Below are positions 59,772 through 64,000 of a stretch of 64,000 bases of DNA, piece after piece. The notes beneath the pieces were generated by a model. That model was not told the DNA's origin. It made no database searches and saw nothing but the letters and a program-made list of their open reading frames with translations. Source of the DNA: Rhynchopus sp. YZ270_cl-10 (taxonomy: Eukaryota); contig OZ037838.1 of assembly GCA_964035575.1 (NCBI GenBank), forward strand, positions 682,001-746,000, read 5' to 3'. Both the position numbers and the translations under genes were made by a program. Each line of letters begins with the position of its first letter. Position 1 is the first letter of the stretch.

Positions 59772-60233
59772 ATGTCGCTCACCATGGGAACTGAGGACTT
59801 CCAGCACATGTTGCGTATCCTGAACACGAACGTTGACGGCAAGCAGAAGGTGCCCTACGCCATCCGCACCGTGAAGGGAGTCGGCCGCCGTCTCGCTTTC
59901 ATCGCCTGCCAGCGCGCAAGCGTGGACCCCAACCGCCGTGCGGGTACCCTCTCGAACGAAGAGGTGGAGCGTATCGTGCAGGTCATCTCCAAGCCGGAGG
60001 ACTTCAAGGTGCCCACATGGTTCCTCAACAGAGTGAAGGACCCCAAGGACGGATCCACCATGCAGTGCCTGTCCAACCAGGTCGACAACAAGATTCGCGA
60101 GGACCTTGACCGTTTGAAGAAGATGCGCAACCACAGAGGTCTCCGTCACATGTGGGGACTCCGTGTCCGTGGTCAGCACACGAAGACCACCGGCCGCCGT
60201 GGACGTACCGTCGGAGTGTCCAAGAAGAAGTAA
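59772..60233 (+). CDS. RPS18: 40S ribosomal protein S18 (uS13), copy 2
   Basis: Identical protein, in tandem at +938 bp. Confidence 0.98.
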   Translation: MSLTMGTEDFQHMLRILNTNVDGKQKVPYAIRTVKGVGRRLAFIACQRASVDPNRRAGTLSNEEVERIVQVISKPEDFKVPTWFLNRVKDPKDGSTMQCLSNQVDNKIREDLDRLKKMRNHRGLRHMWGLRVRGQHTKTTGRRGRTVGVSKKK

Positions 60234-60981
60234 GCTTCTTGACTTTTATTGCTCAATTTGACCAACATCTATTGCCATATGACGCAAGGGGACGTGGGTA
60301 AGGAACAAAGGGGAGGTTCTCATGAGGGTCGTTTATAAAAAAAAAATACTACAATGAAGAACATCAAGAGAAATACTGCCCGTACCTTTTCCCACATTAA
60401 AAAAGAACAAAAAAAAAAAAATCAAAAAAAAAAGAAAAAATCTCAAAAAAAAACAGCCTCCCTCATATCACCCCCCCCCTTTCTTCTTCAGAAGAGAAAA
60501 AAAAATAAAATAAATCCTCAACCAACCAACCTTCTCCCTCCAGGCGATCTCATAAAAGAGTTTTCCACACCCCATATACACAACCCTTTTGCGACCCTCC
60601 TCCTTTCTCCTCCCCACATTTACTTTTTTTTTCCATGACATTTTAACACTTTACTTTCTCGTGCTTTCCCCACTCCCATGCAGCACAATTTGATACATTG
60701 GTCCCCGGCACACCCCTGTATGGGTGCCCCACGGTTCAGCTTTTTTCCGTAACGACCGTTTTTTTTTTCTCTCTCTCTCCTTTTTTTTTTTGTTAAAATT
60801 TTCGGGTGACTGTCAATTACTCTTTAGGCTTTCTCCTTCTCTCACAAACCCGCTTTTCATTGTTATAAGGTGACTAACTCAGATCACGAGAGGCTTAGGT
60901 TCATCTTATAAAACCCCCCCCCCTTTTTTTTTACGAATTTTTCTCTTCTCTCTTCGAAGTGTCTTTCACTATTTTTAGTTT

Positions 60982-63900
60982 ATGGAGTTGGAAGAAATGG
61001 ATTCTGATCACGTAATTAACACCCATGAAGAGGAGCCATTTGACAAAGGGAAGGTGGGTACAAGCATGCAATCACCACGTGGTGTGATGAAGGCGAGGAA
61101 ATCTGTTTCATTTAATCGTGGCGCGATAGGCGATCCTGAGACCGATTCGAGCAGCCCCCCAGCGTCACCCCGCCCGAACAACGAAGCAAAATTTCTTCAC
61201 GACAGCACTGCGGCCGCGGGCGAGCGACCCCTCTCCTCCTCCTCCCCTTCCTCCCCAGCCTCGTCCCCAAGGGCGAAACCCTCCTTATCCCTTTTCAAAT
61301 CTCGCCTACTACGCGCGAGCTCTGGTGTTCCTGCCGACTCTACTGCCAATACCCCAAAGGTCGAAGGAGACGGAGCAGAAGCAGGAGGAGAAGGAGAAGG
61401 GTCTGAAGCCTCCCCCATTGCAAACACCGCCGCTTCACCTGAGGACAAAGACGAAGATGACCTACCCAAGATGACTCTCCGTGACCGTCTCCTAGGGGTC
61501 GCGAAGAAGACGCGGGCCTTGGAAGCTGCGGAAAATGGCGGACCTCCCGGAGACGGAGGGACGTCCCCAACGGGAGGCCGTTTCAAGCTGGCTAACGTTG
61601 TGAAAAAATTTCAGATGGTGAATAAGCTTGCTTCTGAACGGAAGGCGGAGCAGGAGGAAGACGATTTTATGAATATCACCGCGGAAACGCAGGAGCACAT
61701 TGACGAGGCAAAGAAGTTCAAAGGCATCCTCGCGGACGACTGGTGGATCCCCTTCTGGGAATGTCTCCTCCTTGTAGGAACGCTCTACTTCGAAGTGTCC
61801 GTCACAACAAACGACGTATTCTTCAACTGGAGACCCGAACTTCACCTCCCCTTTGACGCCTTCTTCAGCATAATCTTCTCCATGGACGTGCTCCTCCGTT
61901 GTGTCATGCATGATAATACAGTGGTATGTAAAATCAAATGTCGTTAGGGTGGCACAACTTTTTTTTTCGTTTCCCGCTCGCTGACTCTGGGAAAAAAATG
62001 CGCGCGCGCAAAAAAAAAGTTTTTTAAAAAAGTTTTTCCTGAAAAAAAGTTGTGGGAACAGGGTGATCCTGTGGGCTTTTTATAAAATCGCCTCACGGGC
62101 CCCAAAAACGGGTGACCCAAAACACAGTTTTTTAGCATTTCCGGAATCCGTCCAGAAAGTGGTGGGGTCAATCTCGAAAATTGGACAATTTTTTGACCAC
62201 TTAAATTTTTGAAAATATGAGCCCGGTCACAATATCAATTATTAAAGTTATTACACAGAGACCCGAAGGGTTGGTTGTGATGTATAGGTCTTGTGCCAAA
62301 TGTTGTTCAGCAACAAAGAGAAAGCGATTATCACTGAGGTTGAGCTTCATCTTAGTTGAAATTCATCTTGCCCTTTTTTGCGGCTTTGTACAGAAACCAC
62401 CGTATTTTTACCCCGCGTATAGGCGCGTACACGGTCCTATACGGTCATGTACGCGGGGTAAAAATCAGGTGGAGAAAGAGTCTTCGGGGATAAATGATTG
62501 TCCAGGTAACACTATAATGTTATGAGAACCACCCCACACCCACCAACCACAGGGCAACCCAACGAAGAAGGAAGTGTTTGTGCAGTACTTTCGGAAGTGG
62601 TTCTTTATTGATTTGCTGTCTGCGTTTCCGTTTCACATAGTCTTGTTTTTAATGTATGTTTTTCTTCTTCTTTGTTAGTCTCTCTGAGGGAAAATGACAT
62701 TTTAAAAAGGGTGCAAGCATTCAGCACTCTTACGCTGTGTTGTCCTCGTCTTTTGAGTTTCGATTTTATATAAAGTTTCTCCCTTTTTTTTCGCTCTTCC
62801 AAATCCGATTTGTAATACACAAAAAACAAAAAAAAAATATACAGCGGAAACGAAACGCTGCACACTGTGCTGTACCACCTGACACTGCTGAGACTACTGC
62901 GTGTCTTCACCTATTTCAGACAGGTCAACAAAGAAGCGATCAGTGCAAGGTATGTTGGATGCCTCTCTCCCCCCCCCCCCCCCCTTTTAAAATACATTCA
63001 ACCAAAAAGCTTGGTGTCTGCATAAGCGCGGCTTTGAGAATTTTTTTCACTTCTTCACTTCTCTTCGTTGTACACTTCTGAATTTTCACTTCTTTTCATT
63101 AGAAAATAATATGAAATAAAATTTTCATACTATATCTGTTACAACGTTATCGAAAACATAAAGAACGTTGAAGTGTTATTTTATGAATTTTTTTTTTTTT
63201 TCAACTGGACAACAGATGGACAAAACTCCATCTTTCGATTGAAAATTATATCTTAATATTTTTGCCACTCCACACCTCCACACCTCCACACCTCCACACC
63301 TCCACACCTCCACACCTCCACACCTCCACACCTCCACACCTCCACACCTCCACACCTCCACACCTCCACACCTCCACACCTCCACACCTCCACACCTCCA
63401 CACCTCCACACCCCCTCCCCCTCCCCCTCACAGCTACATCAAGACGCACTACCAGTTAGTCCCTTTGATTTTGATGGCCTTCTGGAGCATCGCTGCACTC
63501 CACTTGATGGTGGTGGTCCGTCTTGCGCTCATATCCGATAGACGCAAGGAGGACTACGCATACATAAATGCCATCTACTACGTGCTCTATACAGGTCTGC
63601 CACACACACCCTCGCCCATTTCCCACCCGCTCCCCAAAGCGATGACATTGTATGCCATATTCGCGTTTACGAACTGAGCTATGATGGCCCTTCGTTTTAG
63701 CACGTTGTTTTTCTTTCTTTTTTTTCTTTTTTGAGATTTTTTTTGACATTACTTAAAACAGTGACAACCGTTGGCTATGGGGATGTGGAGGTGATAACAG
63801 AGCTGGAGAGGATATATGCCTGCTTTCTCTTCATTTTCGGTACCATTGCGAATGCTGCTATCATTGGAAAGCTTTCGAAAATCATGCAGGCGCACAATAT

Positions 63901-64000
63901 CGAGAGTGAACGGAAACAACGGATGATGGAGACTCTCGCGGTGCTGAAGTACTTCAACATACCGCGGAGCCTGCAGCAGGAGGTACTGGCCTTTCAGTCG
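60982..64000 (+). CDS. voltage-gated K+ channel of KCNH/CNG (CNBD) type, spliced and 3'-incomplete (exons 60982-61923, 62553-62653, 62845-62949, 63434-63594, 63762->64000)
   Basis: YFRKWFFIDLLSAFPF (S3), LLRLLRV (S4), TTVGYGD filter and C-linker-like YFNIPRSLQQEV. Four phase-compatible GT-AG introns. Confidence 0.9.
63269..63411 (+). repeat. (TCCACACC)n 8-bp intronic microsatellite
   Basis: About 18 perfect units upstream of the acceptor at 63433. Confidence 0.95.

Noticed and set aside
58789..60179. Minus-strand ORFs over RPS18
   Set aside because: These are antisense shadows of strongly codon-biased genes.

Overview
Eukaryotic genomic DNA, probably from a euglenozoan such as a diplonemid. 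This is inferred from the RPS18 sequence, MLR-type N-termini, an ingi-like retroposon, co-directional gene clusters and GT-AG introns. The host genes I can recognise left of ~21.8 kb are all on the minus strand (zeta-toxin-like P-loop protein, a small MLR-type membrane protein, a MORN protein). Those right of ~47.7 kb are all on the plus strand (tandem Ubl+beta-propeller family, a 3-exon MLR-type protein, two RPS18 copies, a spliced KCNH/CNG-type K+ channel). The divergent strand switch is filled by ~12 kb of a 37-bp satellite. The satellite is interrupted five times, always at or next to the AACGCGTT palindrome of the monomer and always in the same orientation, by poly(A)-tailed, 5'-truncated copies of an RNase H-encoding non-LTR retrotransposon with a ~2.55-kb 3' UTR. 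This satellite-targeted retroposon in a candidate centromeric region is the main finding. The flanks contain nested non-autonomous DNA elements (hAT-like with 8-bp TSDs, P-like with a 7-bp TSD, Helitron2/Helentron-like), a ~50-bp hairpin element and a UIM-OTU pseudogene. All domain calls come from reading motifs by eye; no database searches were run.
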